Part shown: positions 47,245-57,250 of the stretch, piece by piece
How positions within the stretch are numbered: position 1 is the first letter of the stretch
How the letters are laid out: each line of letters begins with the position of its first letter
IMG/VR virus record: IMGVR_UViG_2915066250_000005
Span: 1 to 64,000 of that record
Strand: one strand, 5' to 3'
DNA length: 64,000 nucleotides
Source of the DNA: a virus
Taxonomy: Duplodnaviria > Caudoviricetes
Notes under the pieces: model-generated
Told to the model about the DNA's origin: nothing
What the model saw: the letters and a program-made list of their open reading frames with translations, nothing else
The model's database searches: none
Program-made: the position numbers and the translations under genes

Positions 47245-47838
47245 CTAGACAAAAAGTGTGTCTATCTCTTCATTGGTGATGCTTGTAATATCTGACGTTT
47301 TCACATAGTCACTTAAATCAACTGAAGTTGTACCAATCTTCTCAAATTTACCATTGACAAAGATGTATTCATCATAGGCATCATTTTCAGCCTTGCTGTT
47401 GGAAACAAGGTAGATGGTTGATTTTTCTCCACTGGATGGCAACTCTTCTACAACTGAAAATTCCAGTGCTTTAGTATTCCCAATAAGACTCTTTACTTCT
47501 TCGGTTAATTCTGCCTTTTTGATATAGTCAGCACCATCGGTAAGATCTGCTACCTTTTTAGGAAGTGCCGTGATTTTGGCATAAGCATCCATTCCATCAA
47601 GTTCACTAACGCTATGTGGGATTTCTATCTTTTTAGCATAATCTGTAGCATCACTAAGGCTTTCTACCTTTGTTGGAATATCTACACTTTTTGCATAGCT
47701 ATCTGCGTCTTGTAAATCTGATACATTCTTTGGAATAGAATTTTTCACCTCATCAAGTTCTACCTTCTTTATAAAGGTATCCTTTAGTTTCTTCCATACA
47801 TATAAAAGTCCATTATTATCTAAAAATTTTGTTTTCAT
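47245..47838 (-). CDS. Tail fibre-associated protein with four ~19-aa repeats
   Basis: FLDNNGL N-terminus, V..L.D..DYAK repeats, VVEELP...IYLV...YDEYIF C-terminus. Confidence 0.65.
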   Translation of the reverse strand: MKTKFLDNNGLLYVWKKLKDTFIKKVELDEVKNSIPKNVSDLQDADSYAKSVDIPTKVESLSDATDYAKKIEIPHSVSELDGMDAYAKITALPKKVADLTDGADYIKKAELTEEVKSLIGNTKALEFSVVEELPSSGEKSTIYLVSNSKAENDAYDEYIFVNGKFEKIGTTSVDLSDYVKTSDITSITNEEIDTLFV

Positions 47839-47851
47839 TTACTTCCTCCTG

Positions 47852-48067
47852 TTATTTCAATAATTCTTCCAGTTCTAAATTTGTAATTGCATTCAGCCCC
47901 AATTCTTCCAGACTCTTATCACCTACGAGTTTCACCTTATTTATCTTGGGCTGATTGATGAGACCGTTATAGTCATTTGTTCCACTCCCATCACTCACTC
48001 GAATGATGCTTTCAAAAGATACCTCCATCGGTGCATCTCTTTTAAACCTTGTCATAAACTCTGCCAT
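47852..48067 (-). CDS. Phage hypothetical protein
   Basis: DYNGLINQPKINKVKLVGDKSLEELGL. Confidence 0.6.
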   Translation of the reverse strand: MAEFMTRFKRDAPMEVSFESIIRVSDGSGTNDYNGLINQPKINKVKLVGDKSLEELGLNAITNLELEELLK

Positions 48068-48363
48068 TAGATTTCTCCCTCCTTTAGAATTTCTCTAGCA
48101 TTAGTTCTAATTAGACTTGAGGCAATAACGCTGCCATCAGAAAACTTTGCTCTTATTTGGATTGTCACAATTCCCTCTGTAAAAAGTAGCGTGTCTTTCT
48201 GAGATAGATAAACAGATACAATATTCTTTTGTATTTTTACTTCATCAATACTCTTCTCTAATACGACCTTGCCATTTTGCTTATAGGTAATAAAAAGGAC
48301 AGATGCATTAGTTAAATCCACATCTGTCCTAAATATATTTATTGGCGTTGTTCCTCGATGCAT
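48067..48363 (-). CDS. Phage baseplate/tail hypothetical protein
   Basis: MHRGTTP... 98 aa in the tail-distal cluster. Confidence 0.6.
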   Translation of the reverse strand: MHRGTTPINIFRTDVDLTNASVLFITYKQNGKVVLEKSIDEVKIQKNIVSVYLSQKDTLLFTEGIVTIQIRAKFSDGSVIASSLIRTNAREILKEGEI

Positions 48364-48375
48364 TGGCCTTTCCTC

Positions 48376-48657
48376 CTATGCTTTTTCTTCATCTTTTGCC
48401 TTTAGTTTTAAGATTTCATCATTAAGTTCTTTTTCTCTATCTTCATAATATTTATCAATGCCTTCTCTAAAAGCCTCCACTTCAAGAGAGTTTTCTGTGA
48501 TTACTGCAGATCTTACATCAGCAAGTATTCCAGAAAGTATCCCTTCTACCATATAGGTTGGAATTGGTATTTTCTGTTGCAAAGCTGATATAGTAGAACT
48601 TAACTCCCCTCGAAACTTCTGGTAGGCAAGGGCATAATTAATGGTTGGCTTATCCAT
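48376..48657 (-). CDS. Phage hypothetical protein (probable start 48657)
   Basis: RBS AAGGAGG before MDKPTINY. Confidence 0.6.
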   Translation of the reverse strand: MDKPTINYALAYQKFRGELSSTISALQQKIPIPTYMVEGILSGILADVRSAVITENSLEVEAFREGIDKYYEDREKELNDEILKLKAKDEEKA

Positions 48658-48820
48658 GAGATTCCTCCTTGTCTTTAAGTAGTAAGTCCAATTTGTGATT
48701 GATTTCTTCAAGAAGTAAGGTGTTTTTATCGTCCTTTACTTCTTTCTTGGTCATAATATCCTTTTTTAAAGTGCCTTCATTGATGACTACTTCATTTGTG
48801 TTAATAATTAGTTCTGCCAT
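48650..48820 (-). CDS. 56-aa phage protein (below the ORF-track cutoff)
   Basis: RBS AGGAGG; MAELIINTNEVVINEG...; fills the gap between neighbouring genes. Confidence 0.55.
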   Translation of the reverse strand: MAELIINTNEVVINEGTLKKDIMTKKEVKDDKNTLLLEEINHKLDLLLKDKEESHG

Positions 48821-48831
48821 TTTACATCCTC

Positions 48832-51657
48832 CTAACCATAATAATTTAAATCCATTAATACACCATCTTTAAAAACCATACGTCCATTTGAACCCCATCT
48901 AGATACAGTGCCATCTGAATTCATATCAAGTATCTGTACAAAGTTAATTGTGGCATTCACTCCAAATCCTGTTTCCCACTGTGGATCTACAATCTTAAAT
49001 CCATGAGCATAAAGATTACAGCCAAGATGAACTCCATACTGGCTATAAATACTGTTAGATCTGGAAAAGCAAAGCATTGTAGTGTAACTCCCAGCATTAA
49101 CAGATTCTTCTTGAGAAAATGCCATATATTTTCCTTCGCTATCAAGGTCAAAAACTAAGCCTTTATGGGAGCTGTTACCACTCCAGACATTTGTACCAAT
49201 CTTTCCGATGTATTTTCCATCACGATAGAAGTGGTTTCCGTTTTCATCAAAGACTGCTCTTTTATTACTGCTATCAATTGAACCGTTATATAGCCCAATC
49301 TCTCCTGCAGTAATCTGTACATATCTACTAGCACCATTAAAACCAAGTAAAAAGCTGTTATAGTTTTGTCTCATAAAAGTACCAAACTCACCTTTTTTCA
49401 CCATTGATGAGATAGAGCCTTCCACAACAGATATTTTTGATATTGCTGTTTCTGCCTTTTCCTTAGCTGTACTTATATCCTTGTCCACAACTCTTATCCA
49501 GTCAAAAGATAGAGAAGAACTGATGCTCTCAGTTGATGAGTATTTCCACAATTTTCTAGTTCCATCTTTGTATGGCGAGTGTTCTGACTCTGGATAAGAC
49601 GAACCTGAAAGTAAGACCGCATCACCCGCATCTGTTGGCAAAGTAGATTCACTTCCTATAACTTCTTGATTAGAATCAGCTTTCTTTATGGAGTCAATCT
49701 TAAAACCATAATAATCATGACCGGAGCCGTCACACCTCCAGTAAAGCCAAAACTTATCTGATGGAACAAATACCGTTTGACCCGCTATACTTGTTCCACC
49801 ACATCTTGGAAGCGCATATGTCTTACCATCAAGTTCATAGAATATTTCCACCCAGTCAAATCTTTCACTTTCAGTTCTAGATCTTGCGTTGAACTTAAGC
49901 TCTAATCCTTGCTTTTTCACAATATATCTGTAAGCATATCCCGTTGTCGTATCATAGAAAAAATCTCCAACATGAGTAAGCCTTGTTCTATCACTATTCC
50001 AGCTATTGGTTGGTGCTCTTGAATAATTCGGAACATAGGTGCCGTAATAATTGCCATTTTTCTGCTCAAGCTTTTGATTAACAGTTTCTACACTTGCCTC
50101 AATCTTTTTATCCGTAGCAGAAAACTTTGTATTTACTTCACTGATGGTATAGTAGCTTTTTAACTTCTTATCTGTATCAGATATGGCCTCCTTCTTTGAA
50201 TCAAGAATCTGCCTTTCCACTTGCGAGGTATAGGAAACTGATAGTTTTTCAGCATCAATGGAGTGACTCATAATTCTTTCACCAAGTATCTGACCATCAA
50301 GTGTCATACCAACAGCATATGGACCCTTGTATCCATTACGACTTCCACCAATACCGTTCATATTTATCTGAAGAACTTTTGTGGCTGTGTCTTTGTCCAT
50401 CGTGTCCATATATAAGTCTCTAAGCCATCTACCAGAGGAATCATATTCTGTTAGCTTATATCCACCAGTACCTGTATTCATTTGAGCCTTAAGGTTATCA
50501 ATGGCACTTTGGACTCTTTCATTATCTATTTTTCTTGTGACTATACCTTCTTCTTTTATCTGCCTTACTGCATCTTGAGAACTTTGGATATATCCTTTAC
50601 TTTGATTACTTCCGAGCACCACCTTAATTTCTCCAGGCTTTTGCAGTGGTATGGTCTGTTTCATAACGGGAAAGATTCTATCCATTCCAAATGGATAGGC
50701 TCTGCATCTTACCCTATCCCCGCATTCAATGGTTTCTGTAGAGATTCCAAACTCAGATAAGTCAACAGCTGAAAGGTTTAGCTCTACCATTTCAAACTGA
50801 TTATCCTTAAGCCACTCTGCTCCTTTTCTTAAAAGATTTGCAGGAATGGTAACATCATCCCAGCGTACCACCTTACAAACCCAACCAAATTCAGTGAGTG
50901 CCTCTTTAGAAACAAGATAGTTCTTACCATTATTTACTGAAGTAATATCTGTATATTGTTTTAGGACAGCATTAGCATCACCTTCTATTTCCTTACCAAG
51001 TGGAATGATGGCTGTTGCCACATCTTCTGCAGATAAGTCCTCCGTATAATCAAGAAGATTAAGTCCAAACTCTATGCTCTGATCTGTGTCTTTTCCCATT
51101 TCTTCAAGTCTTAAATAATCAAGGATTAAGTGAGTGCCTTCTCTTCTTAGGTTCAAATAGCCACCAAGCTTTTCTACCATCTTTGTCATAATAGCTTCGA
51201 GTGTGGTTTCATAATTGGTGTAGCGATATAAAGAGTCATTTGGATCAGTAACAGTCACTCTTCCAAGCTTTATTCTTTTTCTTTCATCCACTTTTTCGTT
51301 ATGAATCTCTAAAAACTTTGATAGTAGCTGGTATGGAGTTTGGTTATGATATTCCATTTGTGGCTGAATGCTATCAGCTAGATATGATAAAAGACCTACG
51401 CACTGGACTTTCTTATTTCCTCGTAGGTCTTTTGTCTGTTCTCTTACTTCTCCTATAAAGATTTCTCTTTCATCTCGGTATACGCTGACAATGGATTTTC
51501 TGTTATAGATTTTTTCATAGTATGGATTTTCAGGCGGGCATATAAAGTTAAGAGTTCCTGCAGTATTTAGTTCCAAATTCAGTGTAGAACTAATTAAAAC
51601 TGCCTTCTCATCGCCAGGATAATAGATGGTATTTCCATCCAACACAATTTTATACAC
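48832..51657 (-). CDS. Prophage tail endopeptidase / Tal-like tail tip protein
   Basis: 941 aa after Dit; LDYL...FGLNLLDY...TAIIPLG...CGDRV. Confidence 0.82.
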   Translation of the reverse strand: MYKIVLDGNTIYYPGDEKAVLISSTLNLELNTAGTLNFICPPENPYYEKIYNRKSIVSVYRDEREIFIGEVREQTKDLRGNKKVQCVGLLSYLADSIQPQMEYHNQTPYQLLSKFLEIHNEKVDERKRIKLGRVTVTDPNDSLYRYTNYETTLEAIMTKMVEKLGGYLNLRREGTHLILDYLRLEEMGKDTDQSIEFGLNLLDYTEDLSAEDVATAIIPLGKEIEGDANAVLKQYTDITSVNNGKNYLVSKEALTEFGWVCKVVRWDDVTIPANLLRKGAEWLKDNQFEMVELNLSAVDLSEFGISTETIECGDRVRCRAYPFGMDRIFPVMKQTIPLQKPGEIKVVLGSNQSKGYIQSSQDAVRQIKEEGIVTRKIDNERVQSAIDNLKAQMNTGTGGYKLTEYDSSGRWLRDLYMDTMDKDTATKVLQINMNGIGGSRNGYKGPYAVGMTLDGQILGERIMSHSIDAEKLSVSYTSQVERQILDSKKEAISDTDKKLKSYYTISEVNTKFSATDKKIEASVETVNQKLEQKNGNYYGTYVPNYSRAPTNSWNSDRTRLTHVGDFFYDTTTGYAYRYIVKKQGLELKFNARSRTESERFDWVEIFYELDGKTYALPRCGGTSIAGQTVFVPSDKFWLYWRCDGSGHDYYGFKIDSIKKADSNQEVIGSESTLPTDAGDAVLLSGSSYPESEHSPYKDGTRKLWKYSSTESISSSLSFDWIRVVDKDISTAKEKAETAISKISVVEGSISSMVKKGEFGTFMRQNYNSFLLGFNGASRYVQITAGEIGLYNGSIDSSNKRAVFDENGNHFYRDGKYIGKIGTNVWSGNSSHKGLVFDLDSEGKYMAFSQEESVNAGSYTTMLCFSRSNSIYSQYGVHLGCNLYAHGFKIVDPQWETGFGVNATINFVQILDMNSDGTVSRWGSNGRMVFKDGVLMDLNYYG

Positions 51658-52338
51658 TTATAACCACCCCCTCTTATATGAAATATCTAGTGTGCTACTA
51701 CCTGTGCAGGTAAGCACTAAGTTCTTTCTTCCTCGAACTTCTGGAAATCTGCTCATGCCTTTAGGTAAACTAAACTTCTTTCCTTCAAAATTTAATGTTA
51801 GAACATTTTCTGTTTTATTATTAAATTCAGGAACTATGGTCATATCTGAATCAAAGGTAAGCGTTATGGTTTTACTGCTTGTAATAGAAATACCATCAAT
51901 CCTATGGATAAACTCGCCATTTCTCAAATCCCCTAGCCTATACTTATATGGTTCAAGCTTATAATCCAAAGTAATCAGAGAATAATTTTTATCTGACTTA
52001 AATTCACTCACCCAAAGCCTACCTTGATAGACATAGTCTTTTTCTGTATCAAGTACAAGACTTGTCTTTTTACCATGAACTGTACTTAGTAGTTTCCTAT
52101 AGACCTCCTGCCACTTTTCTATGTCTGAAACAATAAACTCAAAGGAGCCTGTTCTCATTTCATAGATTACTTCTCCTGTAAGGCTTTCTGTTATATCAAT
52201 TTCACCTTGTCTTCCAGGTATATCAAGGTACTCTAGCTTTGGTGATGGTAAGTTAACAACCGGCTTACTTGTTGGAACAAGTCCAAAGTCTTTATAACTA
52301 TGAAACTCTCCTATTTTCATTCCGTACATTCTTACCAC
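51658..52338 (-). CDS. Distal tail protein (Dit-like)
   Basis: Between tape measure and Tal; HSYKDFGL...IPGRQG. Confidence 0.75.
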   Translation of the reverse strand: MVRMYGMKIGEFHSYKDFGLVPTSKPVVNLPSPKLEYLDIPGRQGEIDITESLTGEVIYEMRTGSFEFIVSDIEKWQEVYRKLLSTVHGKKTSLVLDTEKDYVYQGRLWVSEFKSDKNYSLITLDYKLEPYKYRLGDLRNGEFIHRIDGISITSSKTITLTFDSDMTIVPEFNNKTENVLTLNFEGKKFSLPKGMSRFPEVRGRKNLVLTCTGSSTLDISYKRGWL

Positions 52339-55163
52339 CCCCTTGCCTTTCTATTTTGTAATTTCCCTAGTGCCATATCCATCTGTGGTGCAATTCCTCC
52401 TACAAGCTCTCCAGAGTCAAGTACAATACTTGTTTCAGAGAACTTAGGAAAATAGGTATCCATGATGGCTACTATTCTATTCATGACACTAAGTAAATCT
52501 CCGTTTGCTCCAGCTGTCATATTCTGAAGAGTATCAAGTCCCATAATAACTTCCGGTCCAGCCTCTCCACCTCCAAGGAGATGTCCACCTTTACTACCAA
52601 AAATAGTTGCTCCATTTAAGAGCATTGGCTTATTCATCGCCTTTTTATACCAATCAATAGATAGATGTGGTACGGATGGTGGTGCTAAAGAGAAATGTCC
52701 ACTGATGCTAAAATGAGGCAGTTTGATATGTGGCAGCTTTAAGCTAATACCAGCAAAGAAACCTTTAATTGCATCAACTACGCTTTTAACCTTATTCTTT
52801 GCCTCTTCAATCGGTGTAACAATGGCACTCTTTATACCATTCCAAATGGAAACGGCTGTATTTTTTATTCCATTAAATACAGAAGTAACTGTGCTTGATA
52901 CAGCATTAAATACCGATGATACCTTTGACTTTATCCCGTCCACCACAGATCCAATTACATTTTTGATTCCGTTCCATACACTTGTTACAACTGATTTTAT
53001 TGCATTAAAGATTGTAGTAATCACAGTTTTGATAGCATTAAGTACTGTTGAAATCGTAGTACTAATTGCATTCCATACAGTTGTAATGACTGTTTTTATG
53101 GCATTCATAACGGTAGAAATAAAAGTACTAATCGTATTTAAGACCGTCATTACTACCGTCTTTATTGCCTCCCACACAGCCATTATGGTTTCTTTGCAGT
53201 TTTCCCAAATAAATCTAAAAGGAAGTGTGATCAGTTCAAAGTAGCCTTTAATCAGTTCTACAATAAACATCAATGCTACAGTAAGTATATTTTTGATGGT
53301 TTCCCAGACAGTGGTAAAAACTTGTACGATGCCATTCCAAATAGTTGTAAAAAACTCTGCGATTCCCTGCCACAAAGTCATAAGAGTCGTTATTATAGTT
53401 TCCCATAAGCCTTTGAACCACTCTGTGATAGCACCCCAGTTTTTAATAATGGCAATGATGGCCACTACTGCTGCTATGATAGCTGCAATAATTCCTATAA
53501 TTGGAAGAAGTGAAACATTAAGTGCTCCAAAACCAACCGCTGCTCCACCAGCGGCAGTACCTGCGGCTGCTGTTCCTGCTGCACTTGCACCTCCTGCAAC
53601 GCCCACTGCTGTAGTTGCGGTGGCTGTTCCTCCAAGTAGTCCAATGAGTCCGCCAAGAGCAGAGGTAATTGTTCCAACTGCTGTGATGACTTTCCCTATG
53701 ACTACTAAAACTGGACCTACGGTTGCAGCAATAAGGGCAATTTTTACAATGGCATCTTGCATACCAGGAGATAGGTTGTTCCATTTTTCATTTAATGATT
53801 TCATCATCGCTGAAAACTTGGTAAGCATTGGTGCAAGAACACTCATAAGAGAATTACCAACATCAGCTCCTACTATCTTTAAGCTATTAAGAGAGGTCTG
53901 AAATTTATCTATTGGATCTAAGGTTTCATTAAAGGTTGAATCTACATTCCCGATATTGTCCTTTAGTGATGTCCCAAGTTCCTCGAAAGATAGTGAACCA
54001 TTCTTACACGCTTGATAAATTGCACCACCTGCTCTTTTACCAAAGAGTTCATAAGCAGCTTGTAGTCCTTCCGTTTCACTACTAGCATTCACCATGCTGT
54101 CTTGGATTTCTTTTAGTGCCTCTTTCATAGGCTTTCCATTTGCTGTAGCATTAGCAAGTGCCTTTGTAAGTCCTGTCATAACCTGTGAAGTATCTGCACC
54201 AGACATTTCAACATTTCCAAGGAAGTTTGCTGCATCACTTGCAGAAAATCCTAGTTGCTGAAGTGCTGCAGAGTTTGTCACCATACTCTTTGCAAGAGTA
54301 TCCATACTGATACCAGTTCTTTGTCCGACAGCATTCATGGTATCCAGTAAGGCTCCTGCATCTTCTGCTTTAAGACCAAAGGCAGATATGACCTTCTGCG
54401 TATTATCAATAGCAGTGGAAACATCTGTATTATTAAGCTGAGCAAACTTGATGAACTTACCGGATAAATCCTCAAGTTTCTTACCAGTAAGACCAAATCT
54501 AGTATTTACTTCACCAATAGCAGCACCTGCTGTTTCAAAATCTGTAGGAATTGAAGTCGCAAGATTTTTCATGCTATCTTGCATTTCATTTAAGGCTTTA
54601 CCTGACGCACCTGTTTTTTGGACAATGATATCCATTCCTTTATCCACTTCATTAAAGGCAGATAAAGATGCAGCACCTATTGCTACAATAGGTGCTGTTA
54701 CATGAGTGGATAGACCTTTACCAACTTCAGTGGTCTTATCTCCAACTTCTTTAATTTTATCTCCTGCCTCTTTCATGGAAACAGATAGTGCTGATGGTAC
54801 TTTTTTAGCCTCTTCCTCAAGAGCCTTTAGGTTGTTTCCTGTTTCAATAATTTCTCTTTGAAGGGCATCATACTTATCTTGTCCAAGTTCTCCATTTTCT
54901 AGCTGAATTTTTGCCTGCTTATCTGCCTCTTTTAAGGCATTTAACTTTTCGCTAGTTTCAGAGATTTCTTTTTGGAGTAACCGCTGTTTTTGAGCAAGTA
55001 ACTTTGCATTGGAGGGATCAAGTTTAAGAAGTCTATTTACATCACGAAGCTGTGACTGCGTATTTTTTATTGTAGAATTTACTCCCTTTAAGGCTTTGTC
55101 AAGACCGGTAGTATCTCCACCAATCTCAACGGTAATTCCTTTTATTCTATTAGCCACGTACAT
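52332..55163 (-). CDS. Tail tape measure protein
   Basis: ANRIKGITVEIGGDTTGL; long helical region with W/F-spaced repeats. Confidence 0.92.
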   Translation of the reverse strand: MYVANRIKGITVEIGGDTTGLDKALKGVNSTIKNTQSQLRDVNRLLKLDPSNAKLLAQKQRLLQKEISETSEKLNALKEADKQAKIQLENGELGQDKYDALQREIIETGNNLKALEEEAKKVPSALSVSMKEAGDKIKEVGDKTTEVGKGLSTHVTAPIVAIGAASLSAFNEVDKGMDIIVQKTGASGKALNEMQDSMKNLATSIPTDFETAGAAIGEVNTRFGLTGKKLEDLSGKFIKFAQLNNTDVSTAIDNTQKVISAFGLKAEDAGALLDTMNAVGQRTGISMDTLAKSMVTNSAALQQLGFSASDAANFLGNVEMSGADTSQVMTGLTKALANATANGKPMKEALKEIQDSMVNASSETEGLQAAYELFGKRAGGAIYQACKNGSLSFEELGTSLKDNIGNVDSTFNETLDPIDKFQTSLNSLKIVGADVGNSLMSVLAPMLTKFSAMMKSLNEKWNNLSPGMQDAIVKIALIAATVGPVLVVIGKVITAVGTITSALGGLIGLLGGTATATTAVGVAGGASAAGTAAAGTAAGGAAVGFGALNVSLLPIIGIIAAIIAAVVAIIAIIKNWGAITEWFKGLWETIITTLMTLWQGIAEFFTTIWNGIVQVFTTVWETIKNILTVALMFIVELIKGYFELITLPFRFIWENCKETIMAVWEAIKTVVMTVLNTISTFISTVMNAIKTVITTVWNAISTTISTVLNAIKTVITTIFNAIKSVVTSVWNGIKNVIGSVVDGIKSKVSSVFNAVSSTVTSVFNGIKNTAVSIWNGIKSAIVTPIEEAKNKVKSVVDAIKGFFAGISLKLPHIKLPHFSISGHFSLAPPSVPHLSIDWYKKAMNKPMLLNGATIFGSKGGHLLGGGEAGPEVIMGLDTLQNMTAGANGDLLSVMNRIVAIMDTYFPKFSETSIVLDSGELVGGIAPQMDMALGKLQNRKARGW

Positions 55164-55273
55164 CCCTCCTTTCTAAAAATGGACATAAAAAAGACACCTC
55201 CCATTAAGTAAGTGTCGTAAAAACAGTTTAATATTCAGTTAGACAAATCTCTAATTTAAATTTCTTTTTTTGC

Positions 55274-55741
55274 TCAAAATATTGGAATCTCGCCTTTATA
55301 ATTTAGAGATTTTTCCAACAAAGGACCTTTTGCTCCCATAGTAAATGCAATATCACTACTTCGAATAGAAAGTAATTCCATACCTATTTGTAAGTCCAAA
55401 AATTTCATCATTTCTTCCGTTAATTTTATTTTGCCATCAGGTGATATGTTTACCCAACAGTACCATCTACCTTTATACTTCACAAACTCACCTGAATTAG
55501 TTGTATATTCTAAAAGTGATGGTGTATCTTGCAATATATGTCCTAATTTTGAGGGATAAAGTAATTTTTTTGTAGTAACACAGAATCCACCAGTTCTTTT
55601 ACTTCCAGTAAACAAATAAATCTTATCATCATTGGTAATTTTATATTCTTCTATTGCCTGCGTCGGAAATTGAATAGTACCATCTAAACGAATAGTTGAC
55701 TTTCCAAAAATAAACTTACCTCCTTTATTCATTTGCGGCAT
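55274..55741 (-). CDS. AbrB/MazE-like duplicated-domain protein (moron)
   Basis: Two similar halves (IRLDGTIQFP; ISPDGKIKLT); sits between the chaperones and tape measure with its own intergenic spacers. Confidence 0.55.
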   Translation of the reverse strand: MPQMNKGGKFIFGKSTIRLDGTIQFPTQAIEEYKITNDDKIYLFTGSKRTGGFCVTTKKLLYPSKLGHILQDTPSLLEYTTNSGEFVKYKGRWYCWVNISPDGKIKLTEEMMKFLDLQIGMELLSIRSSDIAFTMGAKGPLLEKSLNYKGEIPIF

Positions 55742-55808
55742 TATATTGACTCACCTCCCCCAAATTCACATTTATCTCATTGATTATTATAGCATATTTT
55801 ACGATAAA

Positions 55809-55973
55809 TTAGAACTTATCAAACTCAGCTTGACCTGCTACTTTGCTGTATTTCACGCTGTCATTTGATTTTTCAGTCCAAATGTCTAGTACCATTCCAA
55901 TTGTAAGTAAATCAAGTTCAGAAATGCTTATCCCTATTTCTACGCATCTTAGTAGAAATAGGGCTGTTGTCAT
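55809..55973 (-). CDS. Tail assembly chaperone GT extension (-1 frameshift product)
   Basis: MTTALFLLRC...FDKF frame is reached by a -1 shift at A-AAA-AAC (T-run 55995-56002 on the forward strand). Confidence 0.7.
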   Translation of the reverse strand: MTTALFLLRCVEIGISISELDLLTIGMVLDIWTEKSNDSVKYSKVAGQAEFDKF

Positions 55974-56335
55974 CTCCCTGCTACTTTTTGGAAGTTTTTT
56001 TTAGACTGAACTTCCGTTTCAAGGTTTGCTCCCCAAAGTTCAAGAATCTCCGGAAGAATCTCATAAATAGAAAACATCTCAAACTGGTCAAGCCAATCAT
56101 CAATATTTCCGGGGATACTTCTATCTGCATGATAGGCCATAATATATGCTACATTTTCAAATATCTCAAGGTCATCAATTTCAAAAGAACCATCACTTGC
56201 CTTGAAAGTTTTTTCAAGCTTTGACAGGTCTTTGAAGATATCTCTCTTAAATTTAATTCTATATAGCCTTGGAATGGTAGCAGATGAACGAAACTTGATA
56301 TCCATCTCTCCCACTCTTACTGTTTTTTCTAGCAT
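55970..56335 (-). CDS. Tail assembly chaperone G
   Basis: Follows the major tail gene; ends in a slippery A8C run. Confidence 0.78.
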   Translation of the reverse strand: MLEKTVRVGEMDIKFRSSATIPRLYRIKFKRDIFKDLSKLEKTFKASDGSFEIDDLEIFENVAYIMAYHADRSIPGNIDDWLDQFEMFSIYEILPEILELWGANLETEVQSKKNFQKVAGR

Positions 56336-56346
56336 CCTTACACCTC

Positions 56347-56928
56347 CTACTTAGGTTTTACTTCGGTTTTATCCTGTGGAACATACACATTCTTATACCA
56401 ATTAGCATAAGTATCTGCTGATGTAGTATCTCCAGTTCTTGATTTTACAAGACCGTCCTCTCTTGGATCCGCTGTAAGTGATAGTGTTTCTGTTCCAGGT
56501 TCAATCGTATCTTCTTTAGTTTCTGATTCAATAGATGGTCTTGATGCTGAGCAGTTATATAGAACGTGTCTAATTGCATTGATATCACCGTCAAATTCAA
56601 ATAACAGTGCAAACTTTTCTGTTTCCGATACATTTGCCTTTTCTACAAGTACTCCATTTTTATCCAGTTCTTCCTTTAAGATTTCCGTTCTAAACCATTC
56701 AGGTATTAGTGCAATCTCGAGGTCACCGCTATATCCGTTATTGGCAGTAGACCTAAAATATACAATACCATCTGCATAAAAAGGACTGGATTCTCCTTCA
56801 GCTTCAAGGCTGATACTGACAGCACCCGGTATTGCCTTTGGATTTTCATAAGTAAATGCACCACTTGTATCTTTTTTCAACTTTGCAGCATGAACATTTT
56901 TAAGGTTATATTTCACTTTATTTCCCAT
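56347..56928 (-). CDS. Major tail protein (phi13 family; probable start 56928)
   Basis: NKVKYNLKNVH...PGAVSISL...FYADG. Confidence 0.88.
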   Translation of the reverse strand: MGNKVKYNLKNVHAAKLKKDTSGAFTYENPKAIPGAVSISLEAEGESSPFYADGIVYFRSTANNGYSGDLEIALIPEWFRTEILKEELDKNGVLVEKANVSETEKFALLFEFDGDINAIRHVLYNCSASRPSIESETKEDTIEPGTETLSLTADPREDGLVKSRTGDTTSADTYANWYKNVYVPQDKTEVKPK

Positions 56929-57250
56929 GATTTTCTTCCTCCATTTCAAAAATATATAAGACTTCGTAGAGTTTTTCCGACTCTATATAAACTTCTGTTT
57001 TGTTATAAAAAATGCCGTACTCATCAAGTACGAATTCTACCTTCTTTTCTATCTCTAGATTTTTGTAATCCGTATAGATTTCAATATGAACTTCATTTGC
57101 TTTAAAATACACTCTTCCGTCTGCTGAAAAGTTATCACTTGCTGGCAGTAGATAAATAAGAAAAGGCGGCTCTGGTGATTCCCCTTCAGCAAAGTGATGA
57201 TATGCATTTGGAAGCCCTATATCCTTTATAATTTCAAGTAACCTATCCAT
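56918..57250 (-). CDS. Tail terminator/completion protein
   Basis: AYHHFAEGESPEPPF...; position in the neck cluster. Confidence 0.7.
   Translation of the reverse strand: MDRLLEIIKDIGLPNAYHHFAEGESPEPPFLIYLLPASDNFSADGRVYFKANEVHIEIYTDYKNLEIEKKVEFVLDEYGIFYNKTEVYIESEKLYEVLYIFEMEEENHGK

Noticed and set aside
46711-51657. Possible diversity-generating retroelement in the tail genes
   Set aside because: No reverse transcriptase is present, and no template/variable repeat pair was seen in the window.
52700-53450. Periodic repeats in the tape measure gene
   Set aside because: These are ordinary W/F-spaced helical tape-measure repeats, not an array.
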